From Candidatus Latescibacterota bacterium (GTDB lineage: Bacteria; Latescibacterota; UBA2968; UBA8231), in the NCBI GenBank assembly GCA_965197905.1, contig CBDAOB010000005.1, forward strand, positions 128,001-192,000: 64,000 nt of DNA. Reading direction: 5' to 3'. Positions 29,328-39,233 of this stretch are shown piece after piece. Position 1 is the stretch's first letter. Each line of letters begins with the position of its first letter. The notes under the pieces were generated by a model. That model saw nothing but the letters and a program-made list of their open reading frames with translations. It was not told where the DNA came from and made no database searches. The position numbers and the translations under genes are program-made.

Positions 29328-30321
29328 ATGAGCGGGATCAGAAATCGGCCGTTGGGCAAGATAGGTCTGGAGGTAACCGAGGTTGGCTTGGGCGGGGCCT
29401 TCATCCATGAGGGCGCGACGGCGCACGATGAAGCTATTCGCGTTGTCCATCGCGCTTTGGAACTGGGAGTGAACTATTTCGACACCGCCCCTCTCTACGG
29501 GAATTCTCAGGAAGTCCTGGGAGAAGCTCTCCAGGGGCACAAGGAACCCTATCTCTTGGGCACGAAGTGCGGGGCGATGGGACTGGCGGACGGGCCCGTA
29601 CCGCGAGTTGGACGCCTTCAAAGTGCAGCTTGATCAGACGCTGCGGGCTCTCCGGCGCAATTGCGTGGACATCCTCTACATACACGAGGCCGATTGGAGG
29701 GTGTATTGGCAGGCCGAGGTCGCGCCGCGCAAGACAAGGCACATATGCGCAGACGGCGTTTACGACTACGACAACGCGCCAGTGACGCAGTTCCTGGTGT
29801 GGGCCAAGGAGCAGGGAATGGCAAAGCATCTGGGTATTTCCGGCAACAATGCTCACCACCTGGCGAAGGTACTACATGAGATCACTCTCCCCGTGGAAGT
29901 CGTACTGGTTGCATCTCAGTACAGCCTGATTCGGCGCAACGCGAGACAGTACCTTCTGCCACTGGCCAGGAAATTGGGCCAAGGTGTGGTACTCGGGGCG
30001 CCTCTGCAGCAGGGGGAACTGGCCGTTCCTCATGAAGAGTGGATAGAACATCCTCCTGATTGGATGGACGACGACCTTCGGGCTCGATTTGAAATGCTCT
30101 ACGCGATCCATAAAGAGACCGGGATCAGTCTGGCCGCACTTGCAATGCGATTTCTGCTGGCGGACATGGATGTAGCCACCGTGATTCCTGGTGCGGCGAC
30201 AGTGCAACAACTGGAGGAAAATGTCGGCTGCGCAGCTTTGGGCCGTCTTTCACCGGACGTCCATTCCCGACTGGATGCGCTGGGTAGAGTGTTCGAGGGT
30301 GTGCGTGGTGTAGACTATTGA
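29328..30321 (+). CDS. Aldo/keto reductase, frameshifted at G4 run 29571-29574
   Basis: GVNYFDTAPLYG...TKCG, then continuing in the other frame (DILYIHE, VIPGA..QQLEENV). Confidence 0.85.
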
Positions 30322-30411
30322 CGGCAGAACGAAGCCTTGCAACCGATCCGAAAGTCGGCGTGTCGGAGTCAAGACCACATCGAGCTTTCAGCACAGCACT
30401 CGACAATTGAA

Positions 30412-30933
30412 ATGATTGAAGTTCGCGAGGAACGCGAAGAGGATATTCAGGAGATTCGGCAGGTAATTGTTGCTGCCGGAGGCGGCAATCCAGAAGATGC
30501 GGCCGCCGATCTGGTTGAGCTGCTCCGAAAGAGAAACAAGGCAGTGATCTCCAGAGTGGCAGTTGGCGGCAACCAGGTGGTTGGCCACATTATGTTCTCG
30601 CGTGTTACCGTAGAAGTCGCGCCCAAGGACCTACTTGCCGTCGGGCTGGCCCCATTGATGGTCAAGCCGGATCGCCAGAGACAAGGCATCGGTACCATGC
30701 TTGTACGTGACGGGTTGAGCGAATGCACAAAAGCTGGTGTCGACATGGTCGTCGTTTTGGGACACACCGAATACTATCCACGATTTGGCTTCGCTGTTGC
30801 GAGCGGTTACGGTCTGCAGAACGAATACAACGCCGACGAGCACTTCATGGTGCTCGCGCTAAAAGATGGGGTCTTCGGCAAGGTTAGTGGCATGATCCAG
30901 TATGCACCGGAATTCGGGGAGACTGGTTGTTAA
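30412..30933 (+). CDS. GNAT N-acetyltransferase (YhbS-like)
   Basis: LAPLMVKPDRQRQGIG, VVVLGHTEYYPRFGF. Confidence 0.9.
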   Translation: MIEVREEREEDIQEIRQVIVAAGGGNPEDAAADLVELLRKRNKAVISRVAVGGNQVVGHIMFSRVTVEVAPKDLLAVGLAPLMVKPDRQRQGIGTMLVRDGLSECTKAGVDMVVVLGHTEYYPRFGFAVASGYGLQNEYNADEHFMVLALKDGVFGKVSGMIQYAPEFGETGC

Positions 30934-31130
30934 GTTGTGCACCCTGACCTTCGGCAGTCTTTGCCTTGGCCAGGCAGGGATTACTGATCAACATGGGATA
31001 TGCCGTTTTCCAGGATGAGACTGCAGAGGAAACTTGCTGGGTACCCCTCGTTAACCAATGCGGAGAGAATCCACGAGATGTCCTTCCCCTATTCTGAACG
31101 CTTCCCAATCGTGTCCTCATTCGCACCGTC

Positions 31131-31382
31131 CTAGTCAATAACCATTTCGAAATCATCGTACAAATCTTTCTCAACAGCCTGAACTATATAGTGCCATTGT
31201 TCAGCAGGAAAAACGGCCACCAGATCACCTTTTTTAGAGACCACAACATGTTTCTTTTTGGTCAGCCAGTTATGGAGTTTCTCCCCCTCAGGTTCGGGTC
31301 CTTCGACGGAAACGGACTGGCTTTTCTCGTCATATTTTATCTGCCAAGTTCCTTTGCTATTCTTCAACCGCAGAGTCTTCAT
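31131..31382 (-). CDS. Small hypothetical protein
   Basis: 83 aa ORF with natural composition, GAGAC upstream, no competing gene. Confidence 0.65.
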   Translation of the reverse strand: MKTLRLKNSKGTWQIKYDEKSQSVSVEGPEPEGEKLHNWLTKKKHVVVSKKGDLVAVFPAEQWHYIVQAVEKDLYDDFEMVID

Positions 31383-31790
31383 CTGTCTCGATTGTCCAAC
31401 GAAAAAGTAGCACGCCCGATCTAATCGATTTCGGGTAGGTACCAGCTACGTCGCTCTCTAGCAGCCTGTCACGGCGCCTCTTCGTGCAGTTCAACATAGG
31501 GAAATTGGGCGAGCGATAAAAGCAAAGCACAACTCCAAGTTGACTCCCTGCCGCGTTATTTTTGTCTATTCCACCATTGTTTTGTCTGTAAAGAGAGGAT
31601 TCGGTCACGCCCAAGCGATGCTGTTTAACGGTACTGATTTCATCAGTTGAGGTTAAGCTCCGACCTTCCTCCCACTAGTTAATCGCTAGCCGAAGAGATC
31701 TCGGTCAGATTTCGCGCCTTGTTTGCCGCCTGTGAATTACGCATTTTGCCCTAGCGGTCCGAGATCGATATTTGCTACCCAGGATCAAGT

Positions 31791-33296
31791 GTGACAGCGA
31801 TGGAAACGGATCATACCGAACTCGAAAAGGCAGAAGAAGAGTTAGCCCGCCTTTCCACTTTTCCCGAACAGAATCCCAATCCCGTCATTGAGACTGACCC
31901 GTTGGGCAACGTGACCTACCTCAATCCGGCAGCTCGGGAGCGATTTGCCGATCTGCCCACATCCGGACTCGAGCATCCGATACTTGAGGACCTGGAGTCC
32001 ATCATCGCTGAGCTGGCGCAGGGGGAAGACGAATCTCTACGGCGAGAGTTGGAAATTGATGACCGCATTTATGAGCAAAGAACCGTATATATGCCCGAGA
32101 ATGCGCTCGTAAGAATCTACGCTCACGATATCACAGAACTCAGAAGGGCCGAGCAAGCCCTCTCCCGGTTGGCAACCTTCCCCGAGCAGAATCCCAACCC
32201 GGTTGTCGAGACAGATCTATCGGGCAACGTGACCTACGTGAATCCCGCAGCGCGGGAGCGGTTTGCCGACTTATCCTCATCCGGACTTCAGCATCCGATC
32301 CTAGGCGATCTGGCTTCTATTATTCGCACGCTGAAGGCGGGAGAAGACGAATCCTTCTCGCGGGATCTCGAGATTGAGGGCCGCATTTACCATCAAAGAA
32401 CTGTGTACATGGCAGAAAACAATCTCGTGCGCATCTACGCCCACGATATCACCGAGCTCAAACGGTTGCAGGCGCAACTACAGGAAAATCTCGTTCAGTT
32501 GGAGCAATCGAATAAAGAACTGCGGGAAACGCAGGTGCAGTTGGTACAGTCGGAAAAAATGGCCGCCATGGCCAACCTTGTGGCCGGTATCGCCCACGAG
32601 ATCAATACGCCCATAGGGGCAATTACGAGCGCTCAGGATACGCTAAACCGCGCGGTCGCAAAGCTCCGCGAGATTCTTGCGAATGAGTTTTCTTCCGAGG
32701 ATCAAAACGGAAGACGGGTCGAGGCTGCGTTGCAGGCTATTGGCGAGGTTAGCAAAGTAGTGAAAACGGGTTCAGAGAGGGTGGCCGGTATCGTCGAAAG
32801 CTTGCGTAACTTCGCGCATCTTGATGAAGCGGAGCTGAAGAGCGTGGACATTCGCGAAGGCCTCGACGACACCTTGAGGCTGGTACAGCACGATCTAGGC
32901 GACCGCATTGAGGTATTCCGAAACTACAGCGATGTGCCGCCGATTGTATGCTATCCAGCTCGCCTGAACCAAGTTTTTCTTTGTTTGTTGGTAAACGCGA
33001 TCGACGCCATCGAGGACGGGGGCAAGATCACCATATCGACGCTCAAAAGAGACGACAACCTGCTCGTGATTGTCGAAGACGACGGGATCGGCATTGGGGA
33101 GAATGATCTTGATCAAGTGTTCGAGCCCGGATTTACGACCAAAGGGGTCGGTGTTGGGACGGGCTTGGGATTGTCTATCTGTCAACGAATCGTGGAGGAT
33201 CACAAGGGCAAAATTCAGGTGGAGAGCAATGTGGCTGAGGGCGCCATCTTCACTGTCGTCCTGCCCTACAGTTTTTCCGGATTTTTGTTTAGATAG
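31791..33296 (+). CDS. Cytoplasmic histidine kinase with two tandem PAS repeats
   Basis: Twice TFPEQNPNPV(I/V)ETD...RIYAHDITEL; AHEINTP; G boxes. Confidence 0.92.
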   Translation: MTAMETDHTELEKAEEELARLSTFPEQNPNPVIETDPLGNVTYLNPAARERFADLPTSGLEHPILEDLESIIAELAQGEDESLRRELEIDDRIYEQRTVYMPENALVRIYAHDITELRRAEQALSRLATFPEQNPNPVVETDLSGNVTYVNPAARERFADLSSSGLQHPILGDLASIIRTLKAGEDESFSRDLEIEGRIYHQRTVYMAENNLVRIYAHDITELKRLQAQLQENLVQLEQSNKELRETQVQLVQSEKMAAMANLVAGIAHEINTPIGAITSAQDTLNRAVAKLREILANEFSSEDQNGRRVEAALQAIGEVSKVVKTGSERVAGIVESLRNFAHLDEAELKSVDIREGLDDTLRLVQHDLGDRIEVFRNYSDVPPIVCYPARLNQVFLCLLVNAIDAIEDGGKITISTLKRDDNLLVIVEDDGIGIGENDLDQVFEPGFTTKGVGVGTGLGLSICQRIVEDHKGKIQVESNVAEGAIFTVVLPYSFSGFLFR

Positions 33297-33348
33297 CTGG
33301 AAAATGAGTCGAAGGATGCGCCGGTAATAAGCAAGAATTTGATGAAAA

Positions 33349-33990
33349 TCATGGAGCTCGCGGAGGGTGCATTGGCCGGGGCTCAGGTAGCGTAAGACCG
33401 CTCGCTTTCTTGCCCAGCTCGGCCGAGATATGGGTAAGGTATAAGTTGACTGACTGGCGATCCTTGCCGGAAGAGTGAGCTACCAAAAACCAGGAGTCAA
33501 TGAGGTCGGAATAGATAATCCGGTCGAGCCCGATGCTTGTCCCAGCCTCGTGTGCTCTGAGCACCTCTTGCCACACCTCGTCGCCGAGGATTTGTGGTGC
33601 CGTCACGGTGCGGTTTGCGAAGAGCGACCGAGTCCGAGCACCCATTCTCTTGACATTACCATCCAGATCAACGCGGAACACGGGATCTGGTTTGGCGTCC
33701 GGAAAAGTAGCATAGGCTTCCACATGACGTTGCATGTAGCGTGTGGCTACTCCCGAGACCAGTCCAACGGTGAAGGGGAAGAAGAACGCGATAAATACGG
33801 ACAGGTATAGCAGAAGTGGGCGCTCCTTGCGCTCATAACGCAGCGCTGCCACCGGAGAGAGCCCCCTCAGCCAGGGAACCAGGATCTGCCCATATAGATT
33901 GATGACCGTGCCGACAACCAGAGCCAGCAAGAAGAGTGACGGATCTGCTACCTTTTCAATCACATAAAATAAGATCAGTGACCAATTCAT
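33349..33990 (-). CDS. Membrane protein: NrtS-like N-terminus plus PAS-like domain
   Basis: ALVVGTVINLYGQ...FFFPFTV resembles NrtS; ATFPDAKPDPVFRVDLDGNV resembles the neighbour's PAS; start uncertain. Confidence 0.55.
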   Translation of the reverse strand: MNWSLILFYVIEKVADPSLFLLALVVGTVINLYGQILVPWLRGLSPVAALRYERKERPLLLYLSVFIAFFFPFTVGLVSGVATRYMQRHVEAYATFPDAKPDPVFRVDLDGNVKRMGARTRSLFANRTVTAPQILGDEVWQEVLRAHEAGTSIGLDRIIYSDLIDSWFLVAHSSGKDRQSVNLYLTHISAELGKKASGLTLPEPRPMHPPRAP

Positions 33991-34117
33991 CGGCTTTCCC
34001 ACGTGGCTTGCAGGCTGGTTGTGAATTCGACATTTTGACTGGATCTTTCAAGATGACATTGACCACTTCTCAAGCAGGGCAACAGAAGCGACGTCAAACA
34101 ATCTCCCACCGCAAACA

Positions 34118-34597
34118 ATGAGGCGTTTGATGATATCTGACGAACTCGTCCAATTCTTGAAGAAGCCGGTGATGATGGGCGCTTCATCTCGCAATGGGGA
34201 CCTCCGACCACACTCCACCAGAGGTTTCGGCCCGCTGTCCATCTCGGACGACAAAGTGATAACCTTCTACACATCCAAAGCAGCTGAAGAATTCATTGAA
34301 GACTGTAAAACAAGCGGCCGCGTAGCACTCGTCACCTGCGACGCCACGAGCTTTGAGACCTACCAATTCAAGGGTCGTTTTATTATCAGCAGAGAGTGCG
34401 ATGAAAACGATCATGCGGCCGTAGACGAATACGTCGGTCAAGGGAAAGATGTCATAATAGGGATCGGTTTTCCGGAAGAAGCCGTCACCGGTTGGGCAGT
34501 ATGGGAGTGCAAGCCCTGCGTGGCTATCAGCTTTGAGGTCGATGACGTATTCCACCAATCACCCGGCCCCGGAACGGGAGATCCGATCCAAACCTGA
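34118..34597 (+). CDS. Pyridoxamine 5'-phosphate oxidase-like (FMN-binding split barrel) protein
   Basis: PHSTRGFG, ETYQFKG, FHQSPGPGTG. Confidence 0.75.
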   Translation: MRRLMISDELVQFLKKPVMMGASSRNGDLRPHSTRGFGPLSISDDKVITFYTSKAAEEFIEDCKTSGRVALVTCDATSFETYQFKGRFIISRECDENDHAAVDEYVGQGKDVIIGIGFPEEAVTGWAVWECKPCVAISFEVDDVFHQSPGPGTGDPIQT

Positions 34598-34608
34598 GGA
34601 GACCATTA

Positions 34609-35004
34609 ATGTCACTGATTCCCGATGAACTGCGTCCAGCTCTACAGGGTATAGTGCCGGCAACAATCGCAACCTGTTCGCTGGAAGGGGAGCCCAATGT
34701 TACATACATATCGCAGGTCTTCTATGTCGATCCGCAACGTGTCGCGCTGTCGTTTCAGTTCTTCAATAAGACAATAAAAAACGTTCGCGAGAATCCAAAT
34801 GCCCACGTAAAGGTGATGCATCCCGAAACCGGTCAAGAGTGGGAGATGGAAATCGAGTATGATCACTCGGCAACCGAGGGCCCGGTGTTCGAGGAAATGG
34901 ACATGCAGCTGGAGGCGATTGCTTCAGTTCAAGGGATGTCTGGAGTGTTCAAGTTGAAAGCTGCCGACATTTACGTAGTGAACTCCGTAAGAATACCTAA
35001 ATAG
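34609..35004 (+). CDS. Pyridoxamine 5'-phosphate oxidase-like protein
   Basis: GIVPATIATCS..GEPNVTYISQV..VALSFQFFNKT..NVRENP. Confidence 0.8.
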   Translation: MSLIPDELRPALQGIVPATIATCSLEGEPNVTYISQVFYVDPQRVALSFQFFNKTIKNVRENPNAHVKVMHPETGQEWEMEIEYDHSATEGPVFEEMDMQLEAIASVQGMSGVFKLKAADIYVVNSVRIPK

Positions 35005-35022
35005 TTTCACGAAAGGCAAGCA

Positions 35023-36534
35023 GTGGAGAAGGTAGGAGCGGCCGACCAACTCACCGAGTACCAGAAATCGGTTGAAGATCTTACGGCGACCCTCTCGCGC
35101 AAAGCGAAAGAGATAGAGATCATCCAGGTGATCGCTTCTGACATCATATCTACCCTTGACCTCGACACGATTCTGCAAAACATCCTCTCTTCCATGAAGC
35201 GCGTTCTGGGATTCGAGCATTCGATGATCCTGATGCTCGAGGACAGCGGCGATCTGCTGCGTGTCGTTGCGAGTCAGGGTTTCGAGGCGTCGGGGGTAAG
35301 TGCGACGGTGACGGTAGGCCAAGGGATTATCGGTACTGTTGCCAGGCACAAACGCATGATGCGCATGAACAATATCGGTTACCAACCCTCCTACCTCACA
35401 GCGGTCAAGTCCAGCTTGCAAGAAGAGAAGAAATTGGAAGCGGAGGATGCAGAGGTGCCGTTGCCCGGACTGAGCAACGTTGAAAGCCAGATCGCGATTC
35501 CCCTCATGGTGCAGGAGCGAATTATCGGAGTTTTATCGGTCGAAAGTCCGGTTCTGAACGATTTCGACGAGCTTGATGAAACGCTACTAACGATTCTCGG
35601 CAATCAGGCGGCTGCCGCCATTGACAATGCCCGATTGTACACAGTTGCGGCCGAGCGTTTGGACGATTTAAACGGTGTGAACGTTGAGCTGGCTCAACTA
35701 AACGAGAGCCTTGAGGAAAAGGTAGAGGCGCGAACAGCAGAGCTCTCCGAAACACTTGACGAACTCACGGCTACGCAGAATCAGCTCATCGTAAGAGAAA
35801 AACTCGCGTCTCTAGGACATCTGGTTGTCGGGATTGCGCACGAAATCAATACGCCGGTGGGTGTAGTAAATAGCGCCGGGGATGTGGTGCAGCGATGTAT
35901 CGCTCGAATCGAAGCGGAACTGGCGAAGGAGCAGGGAACGAACCAGACTGATACCGTGCAGAAACCGCTGACGGTTCTGCGGGACAGCGTAGGTTCAATG
36001 CGATCGGCTGGAGAGCGGATTGCCACGTTGGTCCAGAGTCTTAAGACTTTTGCGCAGTTGGATGCAGCCCAGATCAAGATGGCAGACTTAAACGAGGGAC
36101 TCCAAAGCACGATTACCTTGTTGCGGGCGGATCTCCCAAGGGAGATGACCATCGAGGAAGAATATGGCGAGATACCCGAGATCGTCTGTTCTCTCGGCGA
36201 GGTAAACCAGGTGTTTATGAGCTTGCTCCTCAATGCGGTCGAAGCCATTGATGAACAGGGAACGATCCGGGTGCGCACCGCCCCGCAGGATGACTGGGTT
36301 CAGGTGCATATTGTTGACACCGGCAGGGGAATATCGCCCGAGCAACTAAAAACACTCTTCGAGTTTTCGTTCAGCCGCGATCGAGAGCGGGTAAAGATGG
36401 GCGCCGGGTTGGCGACGTCCTACGGTATCGTACAGCGGCACGGCGGAAACATCGAGGTGGAAAGTACGCCGGGCGAAGGCAGCGAATTCACTGTTAAACT
36501 GCCCGTTCGTTCACCCCTGAAGGAGACTGGATAG
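35023..36534 (+). CDS. GAF-domain sensor histidine kinase
   Basis: GQGIIGTVA, SQIAIPL..IGVLSVES, AHEINTP. Confidence 0.9.
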   Translation: MEKVGAADQLTEYQKSVEDLTATLSRKAKEIEIIQVIASDIISTLDLDTILQNILSSMKRVLGFEHSMILMLEDSGDLLRVVASQGFEASGVSATVTVGQGIIGTVARHKRMMRMNNIGYQPSYLTAVKSSLQEEKKLEAEDAEVPLPGLSNVESQIAIPLMVQERIIGVLSVESPVLNDFDELDETLLTILGNQAAAAIDNARLYTVAAERLDDLNGVNVELAQLNESLEEKVEARTAELSETLDELTATQNQLIVREKLASLGHLVVGIAHEINTPVGVVNSAGDVVQRCIARIEAELAKEQGTNQTDTVQKPLTVLRDSVGSMRSAGERIATLVQSLKTFAQLDAAQIKMADLNEGLQSTITLLRADLPREMTIEEEYGEIPEIVCSLGEVNQVFMSLLLNAVEAIDEQGTIRVRTAPQDDWVQVHIVDTGRGISPEQLKTLFEFSFSRDRERVKMGAGLATSYGIVQRHGGNIEVESTPGEGSEFTVKLPVRSPLKETG

Positions 36535-36656
36535 ACACAGCAGGTGATCGCACGGTCGCACCACGCTCGTGCCCGGATCCGCCCTCGCCCATCGCGCGAC
36601 CGCTGCGTTATTCGGGTCGCCCATCTTCGTATCCCGCCGCAAATCTGCTATTGTTT

Positions 36657-36683
36657 TGAACCTTTCGTCTTTTCGCGTGTATA
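36657..36683 (+). promoter_or_regulatory. Possible ECF sigma promoter
   Basis: TGAACC...CGTGTATA just upstream of an operon that encodes an ECF sigma. Confidence 0.4.
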
Positions 36684-36725
36684 CAAGGGTAGATTAGATC
36701 TTCACCCTGAAAACAGGTGTTCGCC

Positions 36726-37910
36726 ATGAATGCTGTTCGCGTTTTCGCTGGAATTATCTGTATAGGTGGAATTTCGTTCACAACTGCTCATTCTGCCCAA
36801 CCAGAGTACGTTCATTTGATCCGCAAAGGGAGGCAGATGTCGCAGGAGTGGTATGCAGAACAAGCACGGCTCTGGAAACAGGAAGTCGAAAGACAGCCTG
36901 AGGATGCTGCGTCATGGCGCAACTATTACATGGCGACCGAATATTCTATGTGGCGTACGGATTCCTCTGAAAGAGAGCAAATCCTCGACAGAATCCTTGA
37001 GGAGATGGGAAAGGTTGTGTCTGAGAGCCATGAATATCTCTACCTGGAGGTCAGGCAGTGTTCCTGGAACACGGATAAGCAGGAACTAAATGATCTGTTC
37101 GCCCGCGCAACGCGGCTATGCTCGGCACAACCAGAGTGTGCCGACCTGTACCAAGATCTTGCGGGCAATTTCGAACAGCTTGGGGATCGCGAACGCGCCC
37201 GATCGGCATGGCGGGAGATGTATCGAACCGAGGGCATTCACTCGGCTTTGATCGATTACAACTACAACATGCTGATGTCCACTGACCAGAACGCGATCCT
37301 CATCACCAACGGTGACAACGACACTTATCCAGCATGGATGCTGCAACGGCTCAAAGGAATTCGTGAGGATGTTTTGGTGCTAAACCTCTATCTAAGCAAG
37401 AAGTATCGTTCCTACCTGAGCGGTGAACTGAGCGCAAAAGGAGTTGAAATAGACACGAAGGCCTTGCCGGCGAATGATGCCGACTTTCTCGAAGCTCTTT
37501 GTGAAGCCGTCACCCAGAGTCAGCCGGATGTTCCGATCTACGTCGCCTTGACGGTCGCGTCCCGGTACAAGGAGAGAATCAATGACATGCTCTACGTAAC
37601 TGGCCTCGCTTCGCTCTACAGCGAGGACCGCGCGGACAACATCGCTCTGCTCAGGAGAAATGTGGAAGGCCGCTTCAGATTGGACTACATTCGGCACGAC
37701 TGGTATAGCGAGAATCACATCTCGACGGTACCAGAGGTTTTTCGCCTCAACACAAATTACGCCGTCGCGTTCGTCATGTTGTTCGAGCACTACCAGACCT
37801 CAGAGGAGAGGAAAAGGGCTAACTATTGGAGTGGCCTTGCGCTCGAGGTCGCACGCAAGAGCGGCAATGAAGACTTTCTGAAGGAAATCGAACTGCGGAT
37901 CGATCAGTAG
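36726..37910 (+). CDS. Exported TPR-like protein with DUF2723-like NGDNDT domain
   Basis: Signal peptide, helical repeats, NAILITNGDNDTYPAWMLQ..GIREDV.VLNL. Confidence 0.6.
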   Translation: MNAVRVFAGIICIGGISFTTAHSAQPEYVHLIRKGRQMSQEWYAEQARLWKQEVERQPEDAASWRNYYMATEYSMWRTDSSEREQILDRILEEMGKVVSESHEYLYLEVRQCSWNTDKQELNDLFARATRLCSAQPECADLYQDLAGNFEQLGDRERARSAWREMYRTEGIHSALIDYNYNMLMSTDQNAILITNGDNDTYPAWMLQRLKGIREDVLVLNLYLSKKYRSYLSGELSAKGVEIDTKALPANDADFLEALCEAVTQSQPDVPIYVALTVASRYKERINDMLYVTGLASLYSEDRADNIALLRRNVEGRFRLDYIRHDWYSENHISTVPEVFRLNTNYAVAFVMLFEHYQTSEERKRANYWSGLALEVARKSGNEDFLKEIELRIDQ

Positions 37911-37913
37911 TTG

Positions 37914-38507
37914 ATGAGTTCAGGAGGGGGAATTCCCCAACTTTCCGACGAGGAGTTGGTGAGGCTGGTTGGCCACAAAGACATCGAAGCCTTCGACGAG
38001 CTTTATCAACGCTACAGCCGCCGCGTGCTGCGCTATCTCTATCGCCTGTTGGGTCACAGAGAACAGGCCCAGGACTGTTTACAGGAAGTATTTCTACGGC
38101 TCATCGAAAAGAATGCATCGATAGATACGAGTCGGAAATTTTCCATATGGATCTTTGCCGTTGCACACAACATGTGCTGCAACGAACGCCGGCGCCGGGA
38201 TGCCAGAGAGAACACTGTTTCCTTAAGTGCAGAGAATTTTGTCCTGGGGACGGAGCAGGACGCAGGTGAGGAGCTACAACAGAAAATGTTTATGGGCGCG
38301 CTATTCAACGAGCTGGCTCGTCTGGATGGGGCTAAACGCAGCACCTTCCTATTGCGCTTCCAGGAGAATTTCACAGTTCGGGAAATTAGCAACCTGCTCG
38401 AGTGCCCAATCGGAACGATCAAATCGCGGCTGCACTATACCTGTCGATTGTTGGCCGACAGATTGAAGGTGTTTAATCCAAGCGAAATTGAAGGAGCAAT
38501 GGAATAA
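37914..38507 (+). CDS. ECF RNA polymerase sigma factor
   Basis: AFDELYQRY, DCLQEVF, FSIWIFAVAHN, PIGTIKSRLH. Confidence 0.93.
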   Translation: MSSGGGIPQLSDEELVRLVGHKDIEAFDELYQRYSRRVLRYLYRLLGHREQAQDCLQEVFLRLIEKNASIDTSRKFSIWIFAVAHNMCCNERRRRDARENTVSLSAENFVLGTEQDAGEELQQKMFMGALFNELARLDGAKRSTFLLRFQENFTVREISNLLECPIGTIKSRLHYTCRLLADRLKVFNPSEIEGAME

Positions 38508-39040
38508 TGATAAATCCAAAAGACATCGTCTCTTGCCAGGAAGCTAGAGAGTGGTTGTTCACAGGTAGCTCGGATTCGGTTGAAAGTGTTCAAGAGCGCG
38601 AGCTTCGTCGACACCTCAGAGGATGTCAAGAGTGCCGCGCCTACGAACGCATTCTGACAAGAGTCCAGTCTGAACTGGACGAACATTTTCCCGAGGGACT
38701 GCAGCCGGATCCAGCCATTCAGGACCGACTAAGGAATACCTTGCGGAAACGGGGCTCCCTGGTTTCGGGACTGCGAATTCTGCGACGCCCTGTTCCTGCA
38801 TATCAGGCGGTGTTGGGTGCTGCAGCGGCGATGGTCGCTGTTTTGATCATTAACAACTCGAGCCCCGTCGCACAACGCGCCCACACGCCCAAAAATTCAC
38901 GCAGCGAGTTCGTAGCGGTCGACTCAAGAGAAACGATCGACAAGCTCCGGAAGATAAAAAAAGGTGGAAGAAACCATGCGGAGGACAGCCTCCTAGTAGG
39001 GAAAACTTTTGAATCGTTCGCGTTCGATGGGGCCGGCTAG
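38507..39040 (+). CDS. Zinc-finger (HxxxCxxC) anti-sigma factor with one TM
   Basis: HLRGCQEC and a hydrophobic segment; coupled to the ECF gene. Confidence 0.85.
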   Translation: MINPKDIVSCQEAREWLFTGSSDSVESVQERELRRHLRGCQECRAYERILTRVQSELDEHFPEGLQPDPAIQDRLRNTLRKRGSLVSGLRILRRPVPAYQAVLGAAAAMVAVLIINNSSPVAQRAHTPKNSRSEFVAVDSRETIDKLRKIKKGGRNHAEDSLLVGKTFESFAFDGAG

Positions 39041-39150
39041 GGCGGTTGACATTTTCTGCTAATTTCCGACTTTTGGGTTAGACTGGCGGTCGAAAAAACA
39101 ATATCGGAGCGCTCAGCTCCAGCAGGTTAACGCCATACCAGTCCTCGCGG

Positions 39151-39211
39151 CGCCTGCTTATCCCCTTGTCTTCGGACAAGGTAAAGGGATAGGTGGGCGT
39201 TTTTTGTTTTT
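39151..39211 (+). terminator. Terminator/attenuator-like hairpin in leader of small HTH gene
   Basis: 14-bp stem 39151-39164/39186-39199, inner cUUCGg hairpin, T-rich tail. Confidence 0.65.
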
Positions 39212-39233
39212 GGCCCAAATGTTCGGAGACGCC

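Noticed and set aside
39081..39143. ZTP (pfl) or other known riboswitch, from GACTGGCG
   Set aside because: Remaining conserved elements are not recognisable; kept only as an unknown leader
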